Positions 1 through 11,108 of a stretch of DNA of 64,000 bases are shown piece after piece. Numbering within the stretch: the stretch's first letter is position 1; the number at the start of each line of letters is the position of its first letter. The stretch is from a bacterium (GTDB lineage: Bacteria > Zhuqueibacterota > Zhuqueibacteria > Residuimicrobiales > Krinioviventaceae): assembly GCA_963675755.2 (NCBI GenBank), contig CAXXMD010000002.1, forward strand, positions 864,001 through 928,000, in the 5' to 3' direction. The position numbers and the translations under genes are program-made. Under the pieces are notes generated by a model. It searched no databases and was not told the origin of the DNA. It worked only from the letters and a program-made list of their open reading frames with translations.

Positions 1-1660
1 ATGATGCACCACTGATGGAAGCATTCCCTTCTCCTGTAAAATTACCAACCCACACTCCAATTGTCCATTGTTTATTTACACCAATGGCCCATCCATCTTT
101 TTGACCATAGCTTGTACCAGTCTTCCAGGCAACGGGTACCTGGTTATTAAACCGCTGCCAGTAATATTCTGAACCGGGACGTTGAAGATATTTAAGCGTT
201 TCAAGAATCTGCCAGGCACTGCCCTTGCTATAGAGCTGTAGATCGTTTTCAGATATTCGTGTTTCTTTATACGTTACCGGTACATGTAAACCCAAATTAC
301 CCAATTCAACATATAATTGCAGCAACTCCCACAAACTGGCTTCAGCTCCCCCCAAAATTAGAGATAACCCATATCCATCTGGAGATCTGAACAAATGTTT
401 AAAGCCAGCTTGTTGTAAAAAATAATAAAAATCATTTATGCCATATTGATTCAATAAACGTACTGCCGGAACATTCAAAGACTTTACAAGCATCTCTTCG
501 ATTGTAACCAATCCTTGAAAAGTTTTGGTTGCATTTTGTGGGGCAAATGTACCATAAAAAGTGGGTACATCTTTTAAAACAGATTGGATTGTAAAAGGAC
601 CCCGATCCAGCACATTTGCAGCCAGAAAGGGTTTGAGTAAACTACCCGTTGAACGGGATGAATTTACACCATCAACCTGTCCCTGGTTATCATTATCAAA
701 AAAATCATGAGAACCCACATACGCTCTGACTTTGCCAGTTCCTGTTTCGGCAATCAAAAGTGCTGCATTTTTAATACCCATAGAGGATAACCAATTATAA
801 TTGGCATCCATCATTTGTTCTGCAATAGCTTGTACATCCAAATCCAACGTTGTATGGATTAGATCCTGAGTAGATTCATTCTGTTTTACAAATTCAGTAA
901 AATGGGGTGCTAAAAAAGGCAGTTTTTTTGTACCGGAAGGTAAAGGTTCATCACAAGCTATCAAATAATCCGTCTTATCAATAATATCATTATTGAACAA
1001 TTTCAAGAGCAATGTATTGCGTTTTTGTAAAAGTTGCTCTCTCCCCTTTTCCAGATTTAATAAACCGGGAGAATTGGGCAATACAACAAAAAGTGCTGCT
1101 TCTGCCCAGGTTAATTCAGAAATCGGTTTATTGTAATAACAATAGGATGCGGCTGAAATACCCACAATATTGCTACCCATGGGTACATGTGCGGCATAAT
1201 ACTTTAAAATTTCTTTTTTGGAAACATGAACCGTATAACGGAATGCCTGTGCACACTCCAAGAGTTTATTAAGTATAGTCCTTTGTTTGGGCTCTGCAAG
1301 TCTTGCAACCTGCATGGTTATTGTACTGCCACCCCGTTTGACCTCGCCAGCCTTAATATTCACAACAGTAGCATTCAGAATTGCTTTAACATCAAAACCT
1401 GGATGTCTGTAAAAGCGTTTATCCTCAAATAGTATCAAAGATTTAACATATTTATCAGGAAGGACCATCTCTTCCATAGGGAAACGGTACTGCTCATCAC
1501 TGCTCAGAAAAGCACGTATTAACCGACTATCCTGATCAAAAACCAGCGTTGAATAATCACAATGAAAGATATGTACAGGCCTGTATATCCAAATCAGATA
1601 AATCAAAACAAGAATAAATACAGGCCCATAAATATATAAATACTTTTTAGAAAAAGTCAT
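1..1660 (-). CDS. pbpC: Penicillin-binding protein 1C (transglycosylase/transpeptidase), 3' end runs off the window
   Basis: Not in the ORF track because it is truncated. Manual translation from ATG 1660: MTFSKKYLYIYGPVFILV...FEDKRFYRHPGFD...RGGSTITMQVARL (GT51 motifs), later RSTGSLLKPF and AWKTGTSYG (transpeptidase SxxK and KTG). Abuts the alpha-2-macroglobulin stop, the usual yfhM-pbpC pairing. Confidence 0.93.
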   Translation of the reverse strand, partial: MTFSKKYLYIYGPVFILVLIYLIWIYRPVHIFHCDYSTLVFDQDSRLIRAFLSSDEQYRFPMEEMVLPDKYVKSLILFEDKRFYRHPGFDVKAILNATVVNIKAGEVKRGGSTITMQVARLAEPKQRTILNKLLECAQAFRYTVHVSKKEILKYYAAHVPMGSNIVGISAASYCYYNKPISELTWAEAALFVVLPNSPGLLNLEKGREQLLQKRNTLLLKLFNNDIIDKTDYLIACDEPLPSGTKKLPFLAPHFTEFVKQNESTQDLIHTTLDLDVQAIAEQMMDANYNWLSSMGIKNAALLIAETGTGKVRAYVGSHDFFDNDNQGQVDGVNSSRSTGSLLKPFLAANVLDRGPFTIQSVLKDVPTFYGTFAPQNATKTFQGLVTIEEMLVKSLNVPAVRLLNQYGINDFYYFLQQAGFKHLFRSPDGYGLSLILGGAEASLWELLQLYVELGNLGLHVPVTYKETRISENDLQLYSKGSAWQILETLKYLQRPGSEYYWQRFNNQVPVAWKTGTSYGQKDGWAIGVNKQWTIGVWVGNFTGEGNASISGAS

Positions 1661-4600
1661 TTATTTTACAACAGTTTTATCACCGGCAAGACGAGCATAA
1701 TATTCCGGCGAATACATGGCCTCAACAACCACCGGAGGGATACGATATGTGCCTTTGAATGTGGGATTCAAATGAGCGGCAAATACAACCTCACGATATT
1801 TGGGCAAATCAAAGAACCAATTGATACGATCATCACGTATATCCATATAATCACCGTTGGCGGGATTATTCTTTTTCACCCATTGCGGAAGTTCTTCACC
1901 ATTTACACGATGATTAATTATTTCCAATCCAGCCGGAAAAATACTGCTCAATGCCAGCTCTTCCAGCGTGCCAACATATTCACTTTTGACTTTATAGATT
2001 ACCCAAAAAGATTTACCCTGTTGCAGATCTTTGACAGAGATGGGATATCCTTCTTCATTGAAAAATTTACGGTCAATCAGAATACCCTGATTCTCTGTTT
2101 TAATTCGATCTGTTACAGGTATACCTTCAACCTGTAATGAAACATAAACAGGATCACTGCTTTTCGTTGTAACAGTTATTTGTTTATTCAAAACATCAGA
2201 TATATCCAATACCTGCTGTGTTTGCTGTAATTCTATATCTTTAAGCTTTTTACCATCAACACTGACAGTAAATTTTACATCACCACCATTTCCGGGTGTT
2301 TTTGCATATAATTCGCTTGCTGCAAGCAATACAATTGCCGTTTCCTGAGTAGAATGCCAGCTTTTCGCTGAAAAATCATCAAATACCTTTTTAAGGATGA
2401 ATGATGCGGTTTTTGTATCATCCATTTGCAGGCACAGGTAGGCAATCATTGCTCGGTCACGCATGTCAGAACCATAGGTTCCACCCATTTCACGATAAGG
2501 TTTGATCTGCCATTGGGCCTGATCCACCTGCTTTGCAGCTTCCTTTTGTCCGGCAAGATAATATGCTGTAGCCAGAAATTTACGCGACAAAGGATCAAGA
2601 TCATCAAGATAGTTTTCCCTTACCAGGTTCATGGCGCCCATATCCGGTTTTTCTGCCAGTGATAACAAATACAAACGATAGGCTTGATACCTGTGATTTA
2701 ATATATTTGTCTGCCTTGCCATTTGTTTAGAACTGTTTATCCAGTGATTGTAGAGATTATCAGGGACATAATATCCTTTTCGTTTAGCAAGAATCAGGAA
2801 ATGCCCGGCATAACTGGTTGCCCAGTCATTATAATCATATCGATAATAGGAAGATAATGGCCAGTACGAGAAACCACGGGACAATTTGAATGAAGCAAGT
2901 CGCTCTATGGCGTTATTTACATTTTGAGTAATCATGGATTTTTGGTGATCTCTAACATTAATCAGATCATCCAGGAACAATTGTGGAAATGCGGATGATA
3001 CAGTCTGTTCTAAACATCCATAGGGATATCGAATTAGATATTGAAGACGTTCATCAACATTCAGATTCGGAATTTTTGAAAAAACCAGTTTTGCCGCATT
3101 GGTCCCTTTATAACCAAAAGGCTTGGGAGACAAAACCAGGTCCGTTCCTTTTACAAGCAAAGTGTCCAAAACATCTGTATAATAAGGATTTGGGCTTGAA
3201 ACAGGTAATTCCACAGTATAATCGGCTGAAAAATCACCGGAAATTGCTTTGATGATTAACGTATCCGCTCCAACACGGTTCCCGACTTTGATTCCAAAAT
3301 TTACAGCATCATCACCAATTTTAGTAAAAGTTAATTTCTTTGATGCTCCATCTAAGACAGTCATATTGGATGTTGTAGACAATTCTACAGTTACATCCCT
3401 TACACGTTCATCCATTGCAAAAACAGTTACAGGCAAATCAAATGTATCACCCGGGCGACCTACACGAGGCACTGTGGGCAATACCATTAACGGTTGCTTG
3501 ACAGGAATCGTCTCTTCAAGAGATACATAACTGTTTCCACTCGTCCCTATAACCATTACTTTAACCGAACCAACATAATTAGGCATTGTAAAAGAGGATT
3601 CAAGTGTTTCACCAGGTTTAATTTCAATGGGCTCCTGGAACAGAACCACAGGTTTAAAACGTTTAACCTGGGCCTTGTCCATTCGTTTTAAACGGGCTTC
3701 TTCCAACATGCCGCCGCCAATAGTAAAGTACTGGTCCATATCCGGGAACAGCATGCCAAAGATATCATCATAATTGTCCAGTGTTTGAACAGCCAGCATA
3801 ATTTTCTGATAAAAATAATCCCATGGAGAAGGTGTATCAAATGCAGTTATATCCAGTAAACCTTCATCAACAATTGCAATTGTTACCGAAGATGTTTTGG
3901 AAGCATTGGAATGGATCTTGACTGAAAAATCCTGTTTGGGTTCTAATGACTCTGGTACCGATAACGATAATGGCAAACGCGAATCTGCATTTTCTACGTA
4001 AATGGGTTTTACGCCATACATACGCATAGGCAAGTCATTGTCATCCTGGGTTTGCGGTTGCACAATATAAATTGAAGCATATACATTGGGAACCATATCA
4101 TCATTCAGATCAATTTTGAATTGGGTTTGATTACCTGAAATCTCTTTCCACTCGTGATGTAAAACCTGGTTACCCTGCTCAATCGTCAGGACTGCAATAC
4201 CTTTTGAAGGCGTATCAAAAGACAATTCAGCCGTATCACCAGCTTTGTAGACATTTTGATCAGAGCTGATTTGCAGGAAATTCCGTTCATCAGTCTCTTG
4301 GGCAACAACTCCCCTGCTCCATTTGCTGACATAGAAAAAGAAACCGGTTTGATGTCCCGATTCTTCATCGGTCACTTCAATATAATGTCTTCCATAATCT
4401 TCAATTTTGATTGAATGATTAAAAGGCTGATTGGTAGATGTATAAAGTTCTGTAGAGATTTTGAATGTTGAACTCGCTTTTTTGAAATTCCGTCTGTCAT
4501 CATCATCATAGTGCCACCACCAATGACCCTGCCCAACATAGGTTTCAACTTTTAATTTGCGACCGGAAACCGCATTACCTTCCTGATCAACTGCAACAAT

Positions 4601-7162
4601 TGGGATTTGATAGGATTCACCAAAACTGGCATTTCCATATTCAAAGACATCTTTAATACCACAATAACTTTCAAAAGGTGAAAGCGTAACAATTTTATAA
4701 TTATCTGTAAATCCACCACCTTTTTCATAGACTGTAGAATGCATAGAACAGCGTACTAGAGCATTTGCCCGATCCAAAGAATCAAAGGTATAGTTGATGA
4801 TGGTTTGCCCCTGATCATCCAGGTTCTTTTCAATAATATTCTTGAATTGCTGATTGAACGATTTAAGCGGAGATTCAAATATAAAATCAGGAAAAGAACT
4901 GGAAGCCAGAGATTTGTGTGTTAACACAGCTTCAATACTGGTTTTCAAATTGGCTGCAGGTGCACCAAAAAGATATTTGGATGTTAATGTGCCTTTTAAA
5001 ACAATCGGTCGTCCGGAAAGAAAATCCGGAACATCTGCATATACCTTTAAGCGGTTGGGTTTTATAGTCTCAATTTTAAGATTTTTAGAGAAATGTTGAT
5101 CGGCAATCTCCAGCATTGCTGTCCAGTCACCTGTAGGATCAGTTAATTCAGTAGGTATTGGAAAATATACATGTCCATTAGCTCCGCACTGGGTTTTACG
5201 CTCAAGAACCTGCTGGCCTCTCGAGTTTTTCACTTTGAGGATAACCGGTTGGTTTTCAGGCGGATTCTTTTTATCAAAACGAATGATTGCTGAAAAATGT
5301 ACAGTATCTCCGGGACGATGCACACCTCTGTCAGTATACATAAAAGCATCAATACCGCTTTTGGATCCTGCATGACCTGCAATATCAAAAGAATTCATTT
5401 CCCAACCGGGATGGTCCATTTTAACCAAAGCAATACCGGAATTGTCATTGCCATAAAGATATGATCCCTTTTCTTTAAAAAAGGCATACCCACTTGAATT
5501 GGTTGTTTCAGTTTCCAAGGGTTTGTTCTGATAACTGTACATAGTCAGCTTTAATCCGGATGCAGGCTTGGCAGTTAATACATCAATTGCCTGCACGTGT
5601 ACACCCTCATCGGCTTTTTTCACAGCCAAACCAATGTTGGAGGAAATCAACAACTTGTTGGAATTGCCCCTTGAATAATAATAGCCATATTGTGTAGGAT
5701 TATTGTAATAATCATCACCAGCAAAATATAATGTATTATCAGCAATCTCATTTTTACGATTTACCGGTTTTCCGGTAAGGTCTTCTTTATCAAAATTCAG
5801 TTGAACAACAAAAGCTGAGTTTTTCTTGTTTTTCAAAATCGGCCCAAGATCAAACTCGGTTTTTATCCATTGGTTCTTTTGTGTTGTAATGTCCAGTTTG
5901 TTTTCATAAACGGTTTCACCAACACGGTTTATATCTCTGAATTCATTGTCCCAGCCATAGGGATCAGAGTTCAGGCTTTTATCTTTGATCAGATTTTCCT
6001 GAATAAAAAAGCCAATATTTTGTGGAAAAATTTCATAGACTTTAACATCCATCCTGGCAATATTTACTGATTTGAACTGTAATTTAAAATCATTTGATGC
6101 AGGTAAATAAACTCCCTTTGAAAGCCATTCGATTTCGGGTTTAATATTATCCAGTGAAAATTTTTGAGTGAAATCATCTTTTAACTGTGTGCCGTATATG
6201 GAAGGAAAGCCTTTGTTAATAGTTATCTGATATTCTACACCCGGAACAAAAGCACCATTAACTTGAAGATATTTAGACTGTATCTTTAATTTATGCTCAA
6301 TCTGGGGAGATATCCTGATAAATCCGGAAAGATCAGTATTTGATTTAATTGGTTCATTGAAACGAAAACCATAAGTATAAAGCTTTGAATCCGGATCGCT
6401 CATATCCATATCACCAACTATGCGAAACTCGTCAATTCCGGCAAGGATAAATGAATAAGACCAGTCTTTATTATCAGCAGTATATGATTTGGGTAATGAG
6501 AAAACAAGACTTTTCCCCTGTCGGGTACGGTCCAGTTTTTCTGACACAACAGCCACCTGGTTACTGGCACCGGATATTTTCAAATCAAAATCAACTTTAC
6601 CGGAAGGGCCTTTTATGGTTAGATCTTTTTTCAGACGATCGAGTTCTATATCCTGTGAAAAAGTAATAACACCTGCAAATTGAACAACATTTTGCATTTC
6701 TGGAACAGGAACAAAATCACCTGTTACATTTACAATTTCCTGTTCCGCAACTTTGAATATAAATTCAAAATCGTCAACCTGGGTTTGTTCTCCAAAAGCA
6801 ATTTTACCATTAAACACACCTTTAACCGTCTTACCGGGAGGCAATTGAGTTTCAGCATTAAAAACTATCAAGTTCGTATTAAGCCATGTAGCGGTTCCCT
6901 TGATTCGGGGATCAAAAGAAAAGGGATTATGATCCAATTCATTTCCCACAAAATGCTCCGGAACAATAGGTTCTCTAAACTGAATTTCAATCCGGGTTTT
7001 TGCTGAAACCAATGATGGTGGATATTTAACGATTTCATTCTTTAAATCAATCGCATCTTTTTGAACGGTAACACCCGGGCTCGCTTGTTCTTTTTGTTGA
7101 GGTTTTTCCTGACATGCCAAAAGCAACAAAGCAAGAAACAGAAACACAAACAGTTTTTTCAT
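1661..7162 (-). CDS. yfhM: Bacterial alpha-2-macroglobulin lipoprotein (YfhM-type)
   Basis: 1833 aa; lipobox LLLAC; TDRGVHRPGD MG motif; thioester motif YPYGCLEQ; C-terminal VEAMYSPEY; adjacent to pbpC. Confidence 0.95.
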   Translation of the reverse strand: MKKLFVFLFLALLLLACQEKPQQKEQASPGVTVQKDAIDLKNEIVKYPPSLVSAKTRIEIQFREPIVPEHFVGNELDHNPFSFDPRIKGTATWLNTNLIVFNAETQLPPGKTVKGVFNGKIAFGEQTQVDDFEFIFKVAEQEIVNVTGDFVPVPEMQNVVQFAGVITFSQDIELDRLKKDLTIKGPSGKVDFDLKISGASNQVAVVSEKLDRTRQGKSLVFSLPKSYTADNKDWSYSFILAGIDEFRIVGDMDMSDPDSKLYTYGFRFNEPIKSNTDLSGFIRISPQIEHKLKIQSKYLQVNGAFVPGVEYQITINKGFPSIYGTQLKDDFTQKFSLDNIKPEIEWLSKGVYLPASNDFKLQFKSVNIARMDVKVYEIFPQNIGFFIQENLIKDKSLNSDPYGWDNEFRDINRVGETVYENKLDITTQKNQWIKTEFDLGPILKNKKNSAFVVQLNFDKEDLTGKPVNRKNEIADNTLYFAGDDYYNNPTQYGYYYSRGNSNKLLISSNIGLAVKKADEGVHVQAIDVLTAKPASGLKLTMYSYQNKPLETETTNSSGYAFFKEKGSYLYGNDNSGIALVKMDHPGWEMNSFDIAGHAGSKSGIDAFMYTDRGVHRPGDTVHFSAIIRFDKKNPPENQPVILKVKNSRGQQVLERKTQCGANGHVYFPIPTELTDPTGDWTAMLEIADQHFSKNLKIETIKPNRLKVYADVPDFLSGRPIVLKGTLTSKYLFGAPAANLKTSIEAVLTHKSLASSSFPDFIFESPLKSFNQQFKNIIEKNLDDQGQTIINYTFDSLDRANALVRCSMHSTVYEKGGGFTDNYKIVTLSPFESYCGIKDVFEYGNASFGESYQIPIVAVDQEGNAVSGRKLKVETYVGQGHWWWHYDDDDRRNFKKASSTFKISTELYTSTNQPFNHSIKIEDYGRHYIEVTDEESGHQTGFFFYVSKWSRGVVAQETDERNFLQISSDQNVYKAGDTAELSFDTPSKGIAVLTIEQGNQVLHHEWKEISGNQTQFKIDLNDDMVPNVYASIYIVQPQTQDDNDLPMRMYGVKPIYVENADSRLPLSLSVPESLEPKQDFSVKIHSNASKTSSVTIAIVDEGLLDITAFDTPSPWDYFYQKIMLAVQTLDNYDDIFGMLFPDMDQYFTIGGGMLEEARLKRMDKAQVKRFKPVVLFQEPIEIKPGETLESSFTMPNYVGSVKVMVIGTSGNSYVSLEETIPVKQPLMVLPTVPRVGRPGDTFDLPVTVFAMDERVRDVTVELSTTSNMTVLDGASKKLTFTKIGDDAVNFGIKVGNRVGADTLIIKAISGDFSADYTVELPVSSPNPYYTDVLDTLLVKGTDLVLSPKPFGYKGTNAAKLVFSKIPNLNVDERLQYLIRYPYGCLEQTVSSAFPQLFLDDLINVRDHQKSMITQNVNNAIERLASFKLSRGFSYWPLSSYYRYDYNDWATSYAGHFLILAKRKGYYVPDNLYNHWINSSKQMARQTNILNHRYQAYRLYLLSLAEKPDMGAMNLVRENYLDDLDPLSRKFLATAYYLAGQKEAAKQVDQAQWQIKPYREMGGTYGSDMRDRAMIAYLCLQMDDTKTASFILKKVFDDFSAKSWHSTQETAIVLLAASELYAKTPGNGGDVKFTVSVDGKKLKDIELQQTQQVLDISDVLNKQITVTTKSSDPVYVSLQVEGIPVTDRIKTENQGILIDRKFFNEEGYPISVKDLQQGKSFWVIYKVKSEYVGTLEELALSSIFPAGLEIINHRVNGEELPQWVKKNNPANGDYMDIRDDRINWFFDLPKYREVVFAAHLNPTFKGTYRIPPVVVEAMYSPEYYARLAGDKTVVK

Positions 7163-7185
7163 GATGATCCCAATGTTAGAATAAA

Positions 7186-7890
7186 TTATTGATCTGATTT
7201 ATTATTCTCAATATCCTGAATAATATCCAGATTTTCAATTGTAATATGCTCTGGTGCAACCGCTCCCCCGGAAACGATAAAAGTCATTGCTTCATCAACA
7301 GACCAAGACGTAGAAATCACTTTGTCCATTGGTACAATTTCAAGATACCCCGAAGTTGGATTTGGAGTTGTAGGTATATACACAGCAGCCAATTTTTGCC
7401 CAGTATGTTCATCAGAAAATGTCCTTGTTACTAATCCTACAACTTTCATCTCTTTATGTGGAAAGTCAATTAATACAACTCTTTGAACACCATCAGGTTT
7501 TTGCTCAAGCGCAGTAACCAATTTTTTTGATGAACCATAAATATTTTTAACAAAAGGTATCTGATCAATTATAGCATCAAACCAGGATAATATCTGCTTT
7601 CCAATAACACGTGTAGCAATAAATCCAAGTAAATTTATTGATACAATCACAACAACAATAGCAACAATGGTTGCAAACCAAGGATGCAAAAGCCAATTGG
7701 CTAATTGAGGAGAATACGGGCGTATTAATGAAACAACGCCCTGAACAGCTGGTTCTCCAATCTTTATTATAAGATCCAGTAAAAACTTGACAATGACAAA
7801 AGTTATGGCAATAGGTATGATTGTCAGTATACCGGCAATAAAATGCCTTCTAATTTTGGCAAACAGCCGGGCTTTGTGATTTCTAATCAT
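7186..7890 (-). CDS. DUF502 family membrane protein
   Basis: FIAGILTIIPIAIT N-terminal TM; IPFVKNIY; VYIPTTPNPTSGYL; EAMTFIVSGG. Likely start ATG 7890. Confidence 0.88.
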   Translation of the reverse strand: MIRNHKARLFAKIRRHFIAGILTIIPIAITFVIVKFLLDLIIKIGEPAVQGVVSLIRPYSPQLANWLLHPWFATIVAIVVVIVSINLLGFIATRVIGKQILSWFDAIIDQIPFVKNIYGSSKKLVTALEQKPDGVQRVVLIDFPHKEMKVVGLVTRTFSDEHTGQKLAAVYIPTTPNPTSGYLEIVPMDKVISTSWSVDEAMTFIVSGGAVAPEHITIENLDIIQDIENNKSDQ

Positions 7891-7945
7891 TATTACTCCA
7901 ATATTTACCGTATCTGCACCGGCATACAACAACTATCCCGAATGC

Positions 7946-8656
7946 TTAATTCTCTGCCTGTGTCCTCAAATCCGGCAGCAATACAATCTCAATTCTACGA
8001 TTTTGGCTGCGGCCCTCTGCTGTCTCATTGCTGGCGACAGGATGAAACTCTGCAAGGCCAACAGACTCGAGACGAGTAGGTTCTATCTCTACAGTTTCCT
8101 GCAAGAACCGAACTACATTTGATGCTCTCGCATTTGAAAGTTCCCAGTTTGTGGGATATTTTAATTTTAATTTTGAACTGATTGGCACATCATCCGTATG
8201 GCCTTCAACACGAATGATTTTATTCTCTGTATTTTTTAAAACATTCCCCACACGTTCTAATACTTTAACACCTTCTGATGTTATATCAGCTTCTCCTGAA
8301 GGAAACAAGATTTTATCAACCATGCTGACAGATAACCGGTCTGCCATTCGGGTTATTTTAATTTTCCCATCTTCGATCTCTGTTTTCATATCTTCTACCA
8401 GCTCATCATAAGTACCTTTAAGTCTGGAGATTTCTTCTTCTTTTTCCCTCGATATTTCAGAGATTTGGGTTTCAAGTTCTTTAACGATCGTTTCCTTTTC
8501 AGAATTCAATTTTTTGATTTCAAAATCTTTTTCCTGAATTTGATCTTTTAAATGATTAATATCCTGAGCAATTTTACCATTTTCATTGTAGAAATAAAAA
8601 CCTGCCAAAGCGAGTAATAGAGCAATAATTGCTACTATTATCAGTGCAACTCTCAT
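7946..8656 (-). CDS. OmpA/MotB-family peptidoglycan-binding membrane protein with coiled coil
   Basis: N-terminal TM, coiled coil, then ILFPSG, IRVEGHTDDVP, NWELSNARA, NRRIEI. Confidence 0.88.
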   Translation of the reverse strand: MRVALIIVAIIALLLALAGFYFYNENGKIAQDINHLKDQIQEKDFEIKKLNSEKETIVKELETQISEISREKEEEISRLKGTYDELVEDMKTEIEDGKIKITRMADRLSVSMVDKILFPSGEADITSEGVKVLERVGNVLKNTENKIIRVEGHTDDVPISSKLKLKYPTNWELSNARASNVVRFLQETVEIEPTRLESVGLAEFHPVASNETAEGRSQNRRIEIVLLPDLRTQAEN

Positions 8657-8773
8657 AAAGCTCTCCTTTCAAACATGGAAAACAATTAAAGTAAAGTTAA
8701 AAGATTATCAGGTTAGTTTTCTTGACATAAAACACAAGATCAGTAAAAAATATTCAGATTTAACTGAAAAAGA

Positions 8774-9016
8774 TTATTCAAACAAATCCCCTTGCATATC
8801 AGACGACTTGTTTGATGATTGCGATTTCAGTGTTTCTATTCGTTCTTCAAGTGCTTCAATGATAAGATAATGATCTCCGGACATGAGTTTGCAATCAAAT
8901 TTATTTTCAATATCAGCAAGCGTTTCATCCAAATTCAGATAGCATAATTGAAGCGCTTTTAAATCATGGAATTTAGACCAGTATTGGTCCCAGTTGGGTA
9001 AACGAGTTTTAGCCAT
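8774..9016 (-). CDS. Small hypothetical protein ending in QGDLFE
   Basis: 80 aa ORF with an AGGAG RBS 6 nt before the ATG, co-directional in the gene run. Confidence 0.7.
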   Translation of the reverse strand: MAKTRLPNWDQYWSKFHDLKALQLCYLNLDETLADIENKFDCKLMSGDHYLIIEALEERIETLKSQSSNKSSDMQGDLFE

Positions 9017-9038
9017 GTCTAGCTCCTAACTGAATGCA

Positions 9039-11108
9039 TCAATCAATCCAAAAGGTGTGTTTACGGGTAGCGATGTTTCCGCAACGATCTTTAACAAACA
9101 ATTCCAGGGTATGCATTCCTTTTTTTAAATTGTGTTTCGGTTTATAAGTCAAAGTCAAATGTTCGGGATCGTATACAGCAATCACCTTTCTACCATCCAA
9201 CTTTATTATCCGGTCTTTTTCATCATCAATCCCGGAAAGTGTATCTTTAATTACAGCTTTAAAAACAGGTCTGAGGTTGGTTAAGCGACTGTTATTACCG
9301 GGATAAAAATACATGATATCCGGTTTTTCATCATCAATGATTAATGCATGGGTACCAAACGTCCCCACATGTCCACCTACGGATTGAGTATATTGATCAT
9401 ATTCACTGCCAAAATATCTCCAAGATCCATTACCGTTTTTATAATAAATACCAACTTTTTCTACCGGTACATCGACCTTGTTCATTTTGATCATAACATT
9501 AGCACCTTTGAACAAAGGTACATCCTTGGGATCAATACTATAGATATTGCTGGCAAATTTATATTTACCAGTATCTACGGCTTTTGTTTTTTCAGCCCGA
9601 ACAAAAACAGGTTTATATAAAGAATTGTACGAGAAAGAGATTGTACAGGAATCATCCGGTATAGTGATGGTTTTATTGGTTCGAAAAGGAATAGTTACAA
9701 AATCAATGGTCTCACGTTGCCGGGAAAAATCATACATATTTCCACCCAATACACTCAAAGTTATAGGGCCCTCATCATGTGATGATAATGGAATAGCCCC
9801 AATAAACTTGTTTTGCATTTTTGATAAAGATAATGGATGTGAAATGTTGTTAGCAAAACGATATGTGATAGCGATGGAATCCGGTAGCTTAATAACAGGT
9901 GTCAGCTCTAATCGTAGATGACTATCATAAAACTGATGTTCAATATTAAAAAACTGAGTATCAGGACAAGTTAGATGATTGGCTAACAATAAATCTGTAT
10001 TATGAACACTGCTTTCTACCACCGTATTATCTTTAACAAGTAATTTGCCAATAACCTGACTTGTATTGCCCCAAAAATCCTTTGCTACTATTCTAAAAGA
10101 ATGCTCATCCCCTCTTACAATGAGGGTTCCGGCAAAAGGCTGATAATCAACATTTTCATCATTTGTAAAATAAACAACACCATAATAAGAATCATTATCC
10201 GCATAAAATGGCAATGTATTTCCAATATCACGGTAAAGCTTGTAGAAGAATCCAAGTCCCCACTGATTTAATCTGAATTCACGATCAAGAATTGCCAAAT
10301 GGTTTTCATTATAAGAAAATTTATTATAAGCAGATGAAAAGATCAGCTTGTCATCAATGTACAATTGATTTTTAAAGGTTCCAAATTTATTCGTAATTTG
10401 GTCCATTTGATCAAACGCATCAACACCAAATGCTACCAGACCGTTTACGGTAATTGGTGAACTCAGGGTATAATATTGAGATTCAAGCCGCTGGGTTCTA
10501 AATACGCGGGGTTTGTAATCATAATTCACTGTAGAAAAAGCATCCATAGGTACCAAAGCAACTTTGGAAATTTCAGGAGCAGTGAAATCTACAACCTTGT
10601 AACCTTTTTGTAACGGATTTATGGGCCGGCCGGAAGCATCACGCATTTCAAAATGAAGATGCGGGTAACCTATACCGGTTTGACCTGTAAAACCGATTAC
10701 ATCACCCTTTTTAAAAGGAAACTGATCTGGCTTGCAAAATGTCTGAACCTCGTAATTATCCCTATCCAATTGTACTTGCCAGATATAATCCTCAAGTTCA
10801 TCATTGAAACGCTCAAGGTGACCATAAACAACCGTTTCACCTGTATCCAAAGTCAAATATAATGCCTTACCATATCCAAAAGGTGATACACGTATTCGTG
10901 AAATATATCCATCGCGAATAGCAAAAATTTCATAACCTGTTCTTCCCCAGGTTTTTATGTCTATCCCCGCATGAAAACGGCCGGGTCTGTATTCAGCAAA
11001 ACTGGAAGTCAATGCGCGACTGGCATCCGTGGGCCAGCGGTATTCATCTTCCTGAGCAAAAAGCAGTGTAACAAAAACAAAAATTAAAAGTGGTAGTAAT
11101 TTTTTCAT
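9039..11108 (-). CDS. M23 family metallopeptidase with long C-terminal extension
   Basis: Signal peptide; FHAGIDIK (HxxxD); YGHL; PHLHFEMR (HxH). Confidence 0.9.
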   Translation of the reverse strand: MKKLLPLLIFVFVTLLFAQEDEYRWPTDASRALTSSFAEYRPGRFHAGIDIKTWGRTGYEIFAIRDGYISRIRVSPFGYGKALYLTLDTGETVVYGHLERFNDELEDYIWQVQLDRDNYEVQTFCKPDQFPFKKGDVIGFTGQTGIGYPHLHFEMRDASGRPINPLQKGYKVVDFTAPEISKVALVPMDAFSTVNYDYKPRVFRTQRLESQYYTLSSPITVNGLVAFGVDAFDQMDQITNKFGTFKNQLYIDDKLIFSSAYNKFSYNENHLAILDREFRLNQWGLGFFYKLYRDIGNTLPFYADNDSYYGVVYFTNDENVDYQPFAGTLIVRGDEHSFRIVAKDFWGNTSQVIGKLLVKDNTVVESSVHNTDLLLANHLTCPDTQFFNIEHQFYDSHLRLELTPVIKLPDSIAITYRFANNISHPLSLSKMQNKFIGAIPLSSHDEGPITLSVLGGNMYDFSRQRETIDFVTIPFRTNKTITIPDDSCTISFSYNSLYKPVFVRAEKTKAVDTGKYKFASNIYSIDPKDVPLFKGANVMIKMNKVDVPVEKVGIYYKNGNGSWRYFGSEYDQYTQSVGGHVGTFGTHALIIDDEKPDIMYFYPGNNSRLTNLRPVFKAVIKDTLSGIDDEKDRIIKLDGRKVIAVYDPEHLTLTYKPKHNLKKGMHTLELFVKDRCGNIATRKHTFWID

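Noticed and set aside
1-7162. Alpha-2-macroglobulin with PBP1C as a novel defence system
   Set aside because: A well-described pairing with a canonical CxEQ thioester motif.
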